64,000 nucleotides of DNA from Schizochytrium sp. TIO01. Taxonomy: Eukaryota > Protista > Bigyra: Labyrinthulomycetes. The translations under genes and the position numbers were made by a program. The stretch's first letter is position 1. Every line of letters begins with the position of its first letter. The notes beneath the pieces are model-generated. The model had not been told where the DNA came from and did not search any database. It saw only the letters and a list, made by a program, of their open reading frames with translations. Location: the NCBI GenBank assembly GCA_004764695.1, contig SMSO01000037.1:4688747-4752746 (forward strand), given 5' to 3'. Below, in pieces: positions 21,604-33,200 of this stretch.

Positions 21604-22680
21604 ATGGCAGAAGCAAACCCGTTTGAGGTGCGCGGTGAGCTCTCGGTGAGGTCGGCATCGACAGTGATTTGTGTAAGAAGAAGCTCAAGTGATGATGAGA
21701 AGGCCGCGCGTTCTCTACCGAGAGAGCCACGAGGATTTGCGCAAAGATTTAGAGCCAAGTATGGCGAAGCGATGTCGAACAATCCCTTTTTAACAGGATA
21801 TCTGGGAAGCGATGAAGAAATTGAATTCGAGGGCGGATGGGAAGTTCTTCTTGGCCAGAACGAGGTTATCAATTGGCTGCGCAGCAAGAATGATAAAATC
21901 ACAACCATGCGGTATCCTGGTGAATACAAATTGGCTGGTGGCAATGTCGATGAGGGCGAATCCCTGCTCGAAGCGGCTAAGCGTGAACTGAGCGAGGAGT
22001 TTCTCCGCCCTGCAGAGACACAAGTGCCTCCTGAAGACATGATATTGCATCCTTTCAGTGTGAAACAAACAAGACCAATTCGTAGCCGTTCTAATCTAAT
22101 GTACAATTTCGTGGCCATTGCTGATGAAAACCCATGGCTTGCGAACCTTGATATTGATGAGGTCAACGAGTCTCTTCACGCTCGACGAAAGGCATTTTAC
22201 GAACTTATAAATCACACAGAATCTCCTTACTGGAGCCTTCCTGATAGCGAGAAGGAAGAGATTTCCCCGGAGGTTCATGAAGTGCGCTGGGTGCCTCTCG
22301 AAGAGGCTGTGGAGCACTGTCTTACATCAGTCATGGATGCTGGCTCAGTCTACGTCAATGAATGGCAGAAAACTCAGTTCGATATCCTTCGACGGACGCG
22401 TCGGGATCCAATGATCATCACTGGAGCAGCTCTTATCGAGCTCGAAATGTTTCCTACTGTCGAGTCCTTGCAAGAGTTTTGCGCTTCAACCAAGCTTGAA
22501 GACCTCCGCAAGGGTGAGCAGTGGCTTTTTGATGGGATGACCAACGATGATGTTGAGTTAGCATTTAAGCAAAGGCTTGGCGAGCACAACAAGGTTAATC
22601 CAAGCTTTAAGGCCTTGCCTTTTATTGCCAAGCAACGTCAAAGAAACCTGAAAAAGTTTGAGGCCAAAAGTTCTTTATGA
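21604..22680 (+). CDS. Nudix hydrolase
   Basis: Nudix box GGNVDEGESLLEAAKRELSEE (GX5EX7REUXEE) in a 358-aa ORF. Confidence 0.88.
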   Translation: MAEANPFEVRGELSVRSASTVICVRRSSSDDEKAARSLPREPRGFAQRFRAKYGEAMSNNPFLTGYLGSDEEIEFEGGWEVLLGQNEVINWLRSKNDKITTMRYPGEYKLAGGNVDEGESLLEAAKRELSEEFLRPAETQVPPEDMILHPFSVKQTRPIRSRSNLMYNFVAIADENPWLANLDIDEVNESLHARRKAFYELINHTESPYWSLPDSEKEEISPEVHEVRWVPLEEAVEHCLTSVMDAGSVYVNEWQKTQFDILRRTRRDPMIITGAALIELEMFPTVESLQEFCASTKLEDLRKGEQWLFDGMTNDDVELAFKQRLGEHNKVNPSFKALPFIAKQRQRNLKKFEAKSSL

Positions 22681-23344
22681 GGTTCAACTGCAACTCCCTC
22701 ATCAGTCCGTCAAATTTTGACCTCAGATCTCCAAGAGACGTGACGTTTTTCAAAATACAGAGCTTGTTTATTCCTCTCATTAACTATTTCTGTTCCTGAA
22801 GCTCGATCCCCCAAACGATCGAGCGGGGGGGAGAGCTAATTCCCTGCCAGCAAAACAGATAATAGCTTTCTTTGTGGAAACGTATTCGTCTGTTTTGCGC
22901 TTTACATTTATCTATCTATGCTCGTTCACTCAGTCTTTAATCTATCTATAATCTTCTTTTAATGATTAAAGCCGCTGCGGTTAAATATCAACGCATACAA
23001 CTATTTCTATCACCATCTTGCAAATAAATTTACCTCTGCTTTAGCAATCTACACTTTCGTTCTTTTAATTGCCTCGAAAGAAGAAAGAATTGAATATATA
23101 TTGGTGTACACTTTATTTCTCAATTGATTCGAGACATACTGACATTTGTTAACATAAAGTAACACTATAGATTAAAAATAATAGCAACAACAGAGAAGCG
23201 AATGGCTTTCATTTCCTTTCCCAGGATATGCGTCGCAAATTTTTTCAACATTTGTCATCCCGGTCACTCTACCAGGATTTCTTGTGTTCTAGAATACGAT
23301 GAAAGCGGAAATCCACGACGATGATAAGTAGCACAATAATGCAA

Positions 23345-25318
23345 TTAAATAAGCACATGAACATGCAACATGGAGGATTGCGTGCTGCTACTCAACATAA
23401 GAATGCCACTATCGTAACCATTTTCGGGGCTAACGGATGTAGGAGCAGAAGAACTTGCCACACCGTCAGTCTCAATAGCACTGGCAACTTGTTTCACACG
23501 GATCGACGCCTTTTGTTTGGCATGGCGGTCAAATGGAGGCAAGATTTTAAGAGGAATGCGCCATGGAGATGTCTGAGTGCGTGAATTAGTGATAGGAAGG
23601 CCACCCTGCACAGTGCCAGGTCCATCCCAGCTGGTGCCTGGGTCTCGATCTTTTGCGGTTACAAAGGAAAATCGAAGATATGAGCGAACTGAGATTAGGT
23701 CTGTTTCAAAATCTGGTGTAGCGTCCACAGGAACTGTCATGATAATGCTTCGCTGAAGATTAAATCCTACTTGGACAGTGCGGGATGTCAAGATGCGTTG
23801 CCACGGGCCCATGCCAAATCCATGTGCATCTGTAAGTGGGTCTAAAGCTGCCTGAAGAGACGGTGGGCATTTACTTCGCTCTTCTAACTCCAAGGCCACC
23901 GTAATTTGATAACAGTTCACATCTGCATGAGCAAAATCAAAGGACATGAGCAATTGGTCTCCGGGCCGCACCGCCTCGCGAAACATGTGTAAAAGTGCCA
24001 TATGCCTTGCCTCGCTGCCAATACGAAAGACCCTTGCACCACCTCCAGCTGCAGCGGTATCCTCCTCGTCCCCGAAGTCTGAATCTGAAGGGCTTCGATG
24101 GCGTGCGCTTGAAGGCGTCTCATCACCTGCTGCTGGAGCATACTGACTAGCGCGTTCTTCAAGAGCGATGCCGGTGCAGTCAAAGTCAACCACCTTAAGA
24201 CCAACAGCACCAGGTCTCACGTTCAATGGGAGGTCATCAGAGGCCACACGAAATGATTCGTCAGAGCCGGGTGCCATTTTCCTTCGAAATCGAGTCTCAC
24301 CGAGGATATAACTCCGCACATTAAAGTTGTGCTCCTCAACAATAAAAGACGAGAACGACCGCATACGATCTTTCCCAGTACTCAGTGAAGAACCTGGTCT
24401 TGTTACAAGGTTGCCATCAGATGATCCATTGGAGGCGCCTTGAATAGTGTCGTCTTCAGGCTCAATCGTAGAGCAAAGACGAATCGGTACATGCAAAACC
24501 TGTGCGGTCTCGTGGTGGCCTAGCTTAGTGCCGACACTGAGCACATAAAAGTAACGAGCAGCGCACCCTCTGTAAGACGGAGGAAGCTCGGTTGGCAGCT
24601 GCGCCTCAAAAGCAAATGCCATCTCACGGCCAGGACGACCTTCAAGAGCGCAAGCGAAGACTTCGGGAGGACTGGAGAAAATGCAGCTACCATATTTACC
24701 AGCAAGTAGAGTGACATCAGGCATTCGTGGCATCGGAACGCTAGCGGTCTGGGAGAGGAAGTCCATGGTCGCCTCATAACCATCATGACCTGCCTGATTG
24801 ACGTCTCCTGCACGAGGATTGTGATGGTCGTTTCTACGACCGACACGGACCTCAGATTTAGTCCTACGAATTACCTGCATACCTTCCTCAGCACGGTGGA
24901 GAACGGACGTTGTCTCGTGAGCTCTACGAAGACGCTTCTCGCGATCTTCAAAGTCCAAATGACCGGCATCCGCAGCCTCAGCAACCAACTCCGCATCGCG
25001 AGGAGACACCAAATGTGGATCAAAAGCCACGTGGCCGTGAATCTGGGCACTGGCCCATTCCAGAAATACGCTCTCGCGAAGGGAGTCAGGGAAATAGAAG
25101 TAAATGCGGCACTTGACGACATCGCCGGCAAAGTACGAACGCTGCGAAATCACAACATCGAGGCCTACGTTAACACTACTTGAGTTTTGAAGACTGAGGC
25201 TTGAAGATGCCGCACCAGAGGGCCCCGATGAAGAGGCATTCGAGACACTCGAGCGACGAAGAGGGCGCGGGTTCGCACCCGACCTTCTAGCAGAGCCCGC
25301 CGGCAAAAATGTAGACAT
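23345..25318 (-). CDS. RGP1: Rgp1 family protein (Ric1-Rgp1 Rab6/Ypt6 GEF subunit), ~657 aa
   Basis: YFAGDVVKCRI, LEWASAQIHGH, IFSSPP, LPTELPPSYRG..RYFY, ATPDFETDLISVRSYLRFSF; first ATG at 25318. Confidence 0.8.
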   Translation of the reverse strand: MSTFLPAGSARRSGANPRPLRRSSVSNASSSGPSGAASSSLSLQNSSSVNVGLDVVISQRSYFAGDVVKCRIYFYFPDSLRESVFLEWASAQIHGHVAFDPHLVSPRDAELVAEAADAGHLDFEDREKRLRRAHETTSVLHRAEEGMQVIRRTKSEVRVGRRNDHHNPRAGDVNQAGHDGYEATMDFLSQTASVPMPRMPDVTLLAGKYGSCIFSSPPEVFACALEGRPGREMAFAFEAQLPTELPPSYRGCAARYFYVLSVGTKLGHHETAQVLHVPIRLCSTIEPEDDTIQGASNGSSDGNLVTRPGSSLSTGKDRMRSFSSFIVEEHNFNVRSYILGETRFRRKMAPGSDESFRVASDDLPLNVRPGAVGLKVVDFDCTGIALEERASQYAPAAGDETPSSARHRSPSDSDFGDEEDTAAAGGGARVFRIGSEARHMALLHMFREAVRPGDQLLMSFDFAHADVNCYQITVALELEERSKCPPSLQAALDPLTDAHGFGMGPWQRILTSRTVQVGFNLQRSIIMTVPVDATPDFETDLISVRSYLRFSFVTAKDRDPGTSWDGPGTVQGGLPITNSRTQTSPWRIPLKILPPFDRHAKQKASIRVKQVASAIETDGVASSSAPTSVSPENGYDSGILMLSSSTQSSMLHVHVLI

Positions 25319-26263
25319 CACCGCCGCCCGCCTTGGAGGACAATCTGCGAGAGAGCGGCAGCAGCCTCGCGGTTTACTAGAGGATTTTTTGTTTTGTTTT
25401 GTTGTTATCTTCAAGCCTATTTTTATTCATTTCATTAAATCCTCCTTGTCCTCCTTATTCTTCTTATCATAATCTTCCTGAATAATTGACGCGCCTGCTA
25501 GCAAGTAGCATTCACACGCATTATTATGGACTAAGCCCATAACAAATTGATGCTAGCTGGGCCTGTCGTTGTAGAAATCAGGAAAAGAAAGTGACTTTAA
25601 ACACACAGAGCATTCTTTGTTTGGCAATTGAAAGAAGGATTATTTTTAGATTTATTTTGTTTTTTCCCGTCGCTTCGGGGGAATGGTGAATGGGAAGAAT
25701 GCAGCGTCTTTCCTAGATTTCTTTGGGAAGGAAAATAACAGTAAACCGATACCCTTCTCGCCAGAGAAATCCGGAATCTGAGGAACCGATTCTCACAGAA
25801 TGAGGCCAACGTGCTTTAGTATTATATTCGTGTTGATTCGCTCATCATCTTTCGTCTCACCCCAGTGACGACCACACAATTACATTTCGGCTACCATACC
25901 TTATAAGTTTTCTCAAAGTAAATGTGCAATATCTTCAAGCATATGTTGTTTTTAATTTATGGAAACGTCGGCGTTTCTGTCCATTGTGAAGATTTTATAT
26001 CTCGCAATTGTCAGTCTTGTAGTTGAGGCGAATCAAGCGAAGATCAAACTATTGCAAAACATTCAACTCCAATAGCTTTTGATTTAGGGAGAGCAGTATG
26101 AAAGTTTGATCTTGTCTCTACTACGAAGCCGTGAATGCGTGACTTTAGAACCTGTGCTCGATGGGCGCATAGAATTTGAGGAAATTGTGTTGCTCGTGCT
26201 TGCTTCACAACTGAATCGATGAATAGAGTCCTTCAGAACAACTCGCATAGAAGGAATTGTGTG

Positions 26264-26309
26264 TTCACCATGCGGTCCTTTTATCTTTCACCATGCGGTC
26301 CTTTCATCT
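26264..26309. repeat. Two tandem 23-bp units with one mismatch
   Basis: ttcaccatgcggtccttttatct / ttcaccatgcggtcctttcatct. Confidence 0.85.
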
Positions 26310-27645
26310 TTCATAAATCTAAAATCGCTCAGCTGTGGAAGTGGAGCTACAGAGTTATTTCTACTTTCAAATGACAAGTAGGGCGGTAACGCTCAGGAGG
26401 CTCGAACATGAGAATGTGCTAGCAGACACGGGTGTTCCTTTGGTCGAAGTTGCCCATTCTACTTATTTTCACTCATATGCTAGCACCCAGAGCAACATCC
26501 AGATGATCTAGCTAAGCTAACAACTTCGAATGGTGCAGCAGAGTTTCTTCATCTCTCAAGAGTCAGATCAGCCGCCTGCAACTTCCTTTTGATTTAATTA
26601 CGGTTTCGTTGCCGAATGGTCAATGTCTAAATCTAGACATTTTCCTTGGTTCTTTTAAACATGACATGACTCCTCAAATAAAGCATTCGAATAATTTTGG
26701 GAAACAAAATTGAAAAAATAATGGAACGATCATCGTGTTTGGTGACAATGAACTAAGAAGAGTTAAACGCAACTATACATAAGTATATTGACAACCAGAA
26801 CCTAGTTCCATAGCCGAAGAGAGCGATTATGCTCCCGGCTGATTTGATGGATTGCTTCCAAATACTTTGGAAATGGATAAATCTAATAAGGTACATTTCA
26901 GTTTTATAATTTAGATTATTCTCTTGCACTGGTTTCCCAAAGATTCGATTTTGGCTGTGATAATGCCCGTATTTAATGCCATACACTTCATGCTCGTAGC
27001 TATCATGGATATGAGTTGTCTATTTCAACCTTTCAATTTACATATGGATCTTTCAGGACTTCACGCTTCGCTCTTTATCCTTAATCGATAGAGTGCTCTA
27101 CTTCTACATGCTCTGTGCGCAGCAATTTTCCGCTCTCTAGAGTTTGGTCTTTGACTAATAGACTTGAATCTCCAACTCATAAAGTATAGGCTATTTCTAA
27201 AAGTTTGGACTCGTACCCACACTCGAGGTCTATACCTTGGTGAAGTTTCCTTGTTGCCCTCGCAAAGGCTCACCCTAGAATAGTATTTTCTGCATCTCCA
27301 TGAATAGCTGCTCCAATATTACTAAGAAGAGCTTGGTCAATCGCGTCGCTCAGAACATCATGCATTGATTGAATGATAAAAGCCAGTCAACGCGCTGCGA
27401 AACAACTTAATATAATGATATCTGCTGCCATGGTGCCATCATTGCCGATCTCGGGGTTCCGGAGGCCATTGATTTGATCAAAGATGGAAAACAATACATA
27501 GTTCATGCAGAGCCAAAGGCTACTCTCAAACGTCCTTGCTTGGGTAAAAACTCAAGCCAAAGCACATTATTACTGGCAGTTAGGTAGGTAGTGGTAGTAC
27601 CTACATAGATAGATTTTTATAACCTAGCCTATTCTTCAATGACTG

Positions 27646-29931
27646 ATGGTGTGTACTATGGGTCCCTACGCGTACTTCTCCGCGCTGGGTCAAAGAAAAC
27701 AAGCTATAAGAAGCATGTGCCAATACGATCTACGCAAACTTGAGTTCGCAGACTCCAAAGAAAGCACAACAAGCCCAGGAGGCATGCAGCAGGATGGCCA
27801 TAAGCTCTTGAGGAGGACCTCATCACGAAAGGGCCGCGCCTGGACCTCGCAGACAAATGTTGCGAAACCCAAGGCTCCGTCGCGAAGTCGGCGGGAGAGC
27901 ATTTTATCACAACGCCCTGAAAGACGAGCGTCTAAGATAGTGCATAGTAGCACAACAGATTCCTCAGTAATCAGCGCTGCAACGCATCATAACTTGAAGA
28001 GGGAAGGGTCAACTGCGACGAGAAGTAGTGCGCTTGTGGAACGTGGGAGCAACAACAAAACTCCCAACAGGGATCTTTGGGCTAAGGTCCGAGCAGCTGT
28101 AAAACTCACTTCTGCTATTGGCCGTATGCACAAAGAATCAGATGGGGCCCGACGGAAGCGTATACGTAGGCACTGGGATATTGCTCGGCAGATCGCCCGG
28201 GCTGCAATGTCTTTGTCAACAATAAACAACAAGAGAGCAGACGCTGATAGCCATGTAGGAATTCGTGACTACACTCGATTTATTAAACTTCTTGGCGCCC
28301 ATCCCTCAGCACGCACAGATAATGACCTCAATTTTATGATGAAGTCTACTGCTCATCTTGCAATCTTTAAAGGCGCGGGGAGCTCTGCGCCACCACCTAG
28401 CTCTAACCAAAACCCGACACCCGAGAGTCTTGTGAGTGCGGAGATCTCTGAGTCTCAACATCGTGAAATTTGCCGAACTATGACTATTCGCAAGCTTAGT
28501 TCCTCCCATGAGTTTGTCTTTCGCCAAGGCGACACAGGTGAAGAGTTTTTCATTATTTTAGAAGGGTCTGTTCTTGTACAACGTGATGTAAATAATTCTG
28601 GTGTAGCTCACACCGTAGCCAAGTTAGAGGCTGGCGGGAGTTTTGGAGAGATCGCTTTATCCTCCAAATTTGTTGTTCGAACTGCATCTGTAGTTACGCT
28701 AGAACCTTGCCTTTTACTAGTGATTCATAAGGACGACTACCAGCGAATCTTGCAGAACACACATCAAGAAATATTTGATCGAAAGATTCGATTTCTAAAA
28801 CTTGTTCCGGCCTTCCAAGACCTTACTGAAAAGGAAGTATTCAATCTCTGCGTATCGCTGCACACCTATCGAGTACGAGCTGGATCGTCTGTTGTGAGAG
28901 AAGGAGACCTCCTTGACCCGCTCCGGTTCTTCATTATTGTTAAGCGTGGAGAACTCGAAGTTCGCAAGCTTGCACGAAAATCGATGCAATCAACGAATAA
29001 AACAGACAGTAAGACGATTATGAATTCTGATAAAGTCCTTACACTATGTCTCATGGGTCCGAGTGAAAGCATTTGTGATCATCACTCACTACATGGAAGA
29101 GAGGACCTGGACTACCGCTATCCATTTACGGTTGTGGCAAACACCTTGTGTGAGTACTATTGTATCTCCAAGCACGACCTATTTGGGAAACTTAGTCGTA
29201 TCTCTTTAGCAAATGTTCAAAAGAGGATTTCAAAATTTCCAGATGAACGTCTGGTTCGCAACGCACTTGCAGCATCAATCGGCTGGAAGGAGTATAAAGC
29301 CGACTTGATAGCCGAAATTTTAAGCAAGAAGGAACTTAGAGGGCCTGCTGGATTTAACCAACTAAGCCCTTCATATGTTCCCGAAACTCGTATATCTCGC
29401 CGTCGCAATGTTGACTTTGAGCTTGATAAACCTACAAGGCCTACTCCAAAACGGCCTACTATTGCATACCGTAAAAACTCCTCGGGAGGTCCTCGGGGCA
29501 GCACATCAGGACCTCGAACCAGAATCAGCTGCTTTGAAAGGGCTCGCAGAGCGTCTGGCGTTGACATGGATGCAACCTCCCATGATTCTGATGACAATGA
29601 GGACGCCAGCGTCCAACGTAAAGCATATACTTGCGTATCACAGGTTTATTCAAGGTCTCAAAATACTGAAGAACAACCCGAAGTTATTAATATTAAAAAC
29701 GAAGCAGCATGCACTGGTACGTATGGCGAACTGAATTCTCTTGAGCGGGCCCACATGCGCTCAAAGCGTCGAGAGGCCCTACGAAAGCGGCTGGCTGAAG
29801 GTGCACACGAACTTGATGAGTTTCTGCAAGACGGAATGGAACTCACGAGGCATGTCTATGAAAATGCACTTTCGCATGGAGCAAGATACTATTGTCGTTC
29901 CCTTGCGCTCACGACTGAAAGCGATCGGTAA
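27646..29931 (+). CDS. Cyclic nucleotide-binding domain protein with two cNMP domains (CNBD2-like)
   Basis: VFRQGDTGEEFFIILEGSV...GGSFGEIAL....RTASV (intact phosphate-binding cassette); second, degenerate domain VVREGD...FFIIVKRGELEV. Confidence 0.85.
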   Translation: MVCTMGPYAYFSALGQRKQAIRSMCQYDLRKLEFADSKESTTSPGGMQQDGHKLLRRTSSRKGRAWTSQTNVAKPKAPSRSRRESILSQRPERRASKIVHSSTTDSSVISAATHHNLKREGSTATRSSALVERGSNNKTPNRDLWAKVRAAVKLTSAIGRMHKESDGARRKRIRRHWDIARQIARAAMSLSTINNKRADADSHVGIRDYTRFIKLLGAHPSARTDNDLNFMMKSTAHLAIFKGAGSSAPPPSSNQNPTPESLVSAEISESQHREICRTMTIRKLSSSHEFVFRQGDTGEEFFIILEGSVLVQRDVNNSGVAHTVAKLEAGGSFGEIALSSKFVVRTASVVTLEPCLLLVIHKDDYQRILQNTHQEIFDRKIRFLKLVPAFQDLTEKEVFNLCVSLHTYRVRAGSSVVREGDLLDPLRFFIIVKRGELEVRKLARKSMQSTNKTDSKTIMNSDKVLTLCLMGPSESICDHHSLHGREDLDYRYPFTVVANTLCEYYCISKHDLFGKLSRISLANVQKRISKFPDERLVRNALAASIGWKEYKADLIAEILSKKELRGPAGFNQLSPSYVPETRISRRRNVDFELDKPTRPTPKRPTIAYRKNSSGGPRGSTSGPRTRISCFERARRASGVDMDATSHDSDDNEDASVQRKAYTCVSQVYSRSQNTEEQPEVINIKNEAACTGTYGELNSLERAHMRSKRREALRKRLAEGAHELDEFLQDGMELTRHVYENALSHGARYYCRSLALTTESDR

Positions 29932-30268
29932 TACAAATTTGTACTCCCTCTCCATCACATTTGACTTGAATTGTGGTCTAAATTTTATTTCTTTTCTGAA
30001 CTTTTTGAATTTGAGGGAAGGGCCTTCATTTAAAGAAAATCATACATAGTTTGAAAACATAAATAACCTGATGTGAAAGGAAGTGCTTAATTATCAGTAC
30101 CTTATATAGAATGACTTGGCTATAGGGAGGGTGGACGTTATCTATATTTGGTTTAATTTGTTTTTGCCTTTAATGCAGAGATCAAGAACCGAATATCCAT
30201 GCATAACTTAATTTTTACGTGGAAGAAAAAATGAAAGAAACTAATTTACATAACCACAAAGGCGTAGT

Positions 30269-33200
30269 TTAACGATTTTGGAAAGAATCTGCATTCTTTT
30301 CAATTACGAACTTGGGTTTTAGTGAAGTTGGAGCACGCTGAATTGTTGAGTAGGGCACAGTGGAAACAGTCTTCAGAATGATGGGTGTCTGCGTGACTTT
30401 CGTCTCTTCGAGCTGTACCTGTTCAAGATTAATAAGCTCACGGATAGCATCAGTACGCTTAGTTTGCGACACTCGCATTTGCTCGCAAACTCGATGGAGC
30501 TCTCGGAGGGTATTACTTGGCTGTGATGGGACTGATAAAAGCGCTTCAGAAGTAGAAACAAAACTACTGCTGCCTCCACCGGGCATCGCTGCAACCTTAG
30601 ACTCCCTCGATAAGCCAGGGTCGCATTCTTGAGGACCACCAAACATCCGATCAAGCCCCGCCTTATTTCGTTGTATGGCTGCTTTCTGAGACTCGATACC
30701 GCGACGACGTCTTGAGCTTTGCACGGGTTCTTTAAGTCGGTGGACCTCTGAATTTAAGTCTAAATCAGAAGTTCTTAATTGAAATTCCTTCTGCAGAGGA
30801 GTGGCTGAAGACGTTTGAGTTTGATTATCAAAGTGCGCTTGCCATTTCATTTGTTTCTTCTCCTCGAGTAGTTCAAATTGTTGGCGCTCCACCTCGCGCC
30901 TTTTTTGCTCGGCCTTCATCTTCATGTCCCTAGCAGAATCTAGGATAGCTGTTGCGTTCTGTTCAATTTCTCCTTGGCGAGCCTCGGCACGCTTGAGCTG
31001 GGAACGCAGGTTATCAATTTGATCTTCTGATTGCTTCACAAGTCTACGAAGAGTCAGTCGATCGCGCTCCACTCGCTCACGAGCAGACTCAGCTTCCATG
31101 ACCTTGTCTTCGAGTCCATTGCACCTTTGCAGTAATTCTTGTACGAAGGCCGGAGGCTGATGAGAAGGCTGATGAGAAGTGTCGTGAGTGCTTTGATTCG
31201 TCACTACTTTAGAATTTGGCTTTTCTGAGTTTCCTTTGTTTCGTTGAGATGATGAACGTCCAACATGACCCTTTCTGTTATTGGATGACGATTTAGCAAG
31301 CTTTTCAAGTTCAGAAACGCGTTTTTCGTATGCGATAGTTTTGGCGATAGCTGTGCGCTCGCGAAGGATTCGTCGCATGAAAGCACCAAGCAGTTGCCCA
31401 AGCTGCTGAAGAAATGAGATGTGTGCATTAGAGTCGAATCGCGCTCCTCGACATACATGTAGCACACCGACAGGGCGTATTTCACCTTTGGTATCGCGGT
31501 ACATGCAAGGAATCGCGATGCGACGAGTTCCGCTAGGTGAATATGAAGACTTGCTTTTGCAAGCAAGCTCGGCATCTCCCTTGAGAGACCTCGCACGATC
31601 CTCCAAAAGATACATAAATGCACCTGGACGGTCTGGAGATATGATGGAGATACCTTCGAATGAAGAAGCTGCATTCTGTTCACAAAGTTGCGATAGGGAT
31701 TTTTTCAAATATCCAGGTCGAGTCATATCCGCACAAAGTTCACGACATAGTGCTGCCCATGGATTCTCCAATCCTCCCTGGTGTGTCGAAACATCCTCAT
31801 TTGCAAATCGATCCATGCCAAACTGTAGGTATTTCACAAGAGATTCACAGCGCTCGCGAAGGCTATCCATTTCATCGGGAGAGAGGACTGGAACAAGCCA
31901 AATGCATAAAACCCCTTGTACCGTTGGCACCGAAGAAGATCGAGTGGAAGAAGACGAGTGCGACTTTTGCAACGGGCAAACAATTATACCACGAGCTTGC
32001 GATCGGAAGATCACTCGGTGATCCGCATCTGGGTGGTACCTCGGGTCATCGAGGACATCTCTTGTACAAATAGTCTGGCCAGACTTTATTGCGACACCAC
32101 GCAATCCCACTAGCTGCTGTAGTTGTTCTTGCTTCTTTGTTGAAATCAACTCCACAAAAGATTCATTTTTCCGACCTGGACATAGGTAACTTGCACCATG
32201 ATCAGTAATAGTCTGTTTAAGGTCTGCAAAAGATGTGCAAGAAAATAACTGAAGCAAAAGCGCATCTTTGGCTTGCTGTAAATTTGCAACGGCCTCAAGT
32301 TCTACTAAGCGCGCCTCAAACTGTCGTGAAGATTCTTCTATTACCTGCATCTTGCACTTCTTTTCGTCAAGACTTTGCTTTGAAAATACTAAGCGTTCTG
32401 CGCTTTGCAAAACTGCAGCCAAAAATGGGGTGAAGCGCTCTACATATAGACGATCAGCAACATCTAGTGGAATACTTAAATAGCCAGTTGCAGAAGATGC
32501 ATCTTCACCCATCGGCACTAAAGGAATTACACAACCGGAGAGTAAGCCGTGTACCGAGTTTCCTTGACTTTTCAGCACCAGACAACAACTACCACGATCT
32601 GCTTCGCACAGCAACTCCACCTCATGTTCCATAGCAGAACACAGACGTCGCAGATCCTCCGGAGTATTGACAGTGCACCCATGAGCAGAAAGTCGACAAA
32701 GGGCTGACACAGAAGTTTTCCAGCGCTCCTCTCGCAAATGTTGCGCCTCAGCTTCAGCAGTTGTCTCTTTCTGCATATTTTCATGCAACTCATTAAGCTG
32801 AGCTTTGGATTCAGATAGCATGGCCTCGACTTGCTGGAACTGAGCGATATGAGCATCAAGGGACGCAGCGTTGCTTAAGGCAATTGCACACCACTCTACA
32901 ATTGCTCGTAAGATGTCAGCAAAAGGTTCTGCGGGGTGATCAAATTCAAACTCGCCTTTCGGATCGGCGTGAAGATCAAGTACCCCCAGAACTCGACTAC
33001 TCGTGTTCGACATATCCTCAATAATAGGTAATGTCATGCGATGTCTAGATTTAACTGGTTGTCCCATCGAAGCAACATAATCAATCACATTACAACCTTT
33101 GCGAATCCCATCGTTTTCGTCAATGGCAAACAGTTGTCGATGTTGCAAGCTTCCTGATGGATTAAAGCCATCCTCAGTCCTAGAATCATCAGGGTCATGT

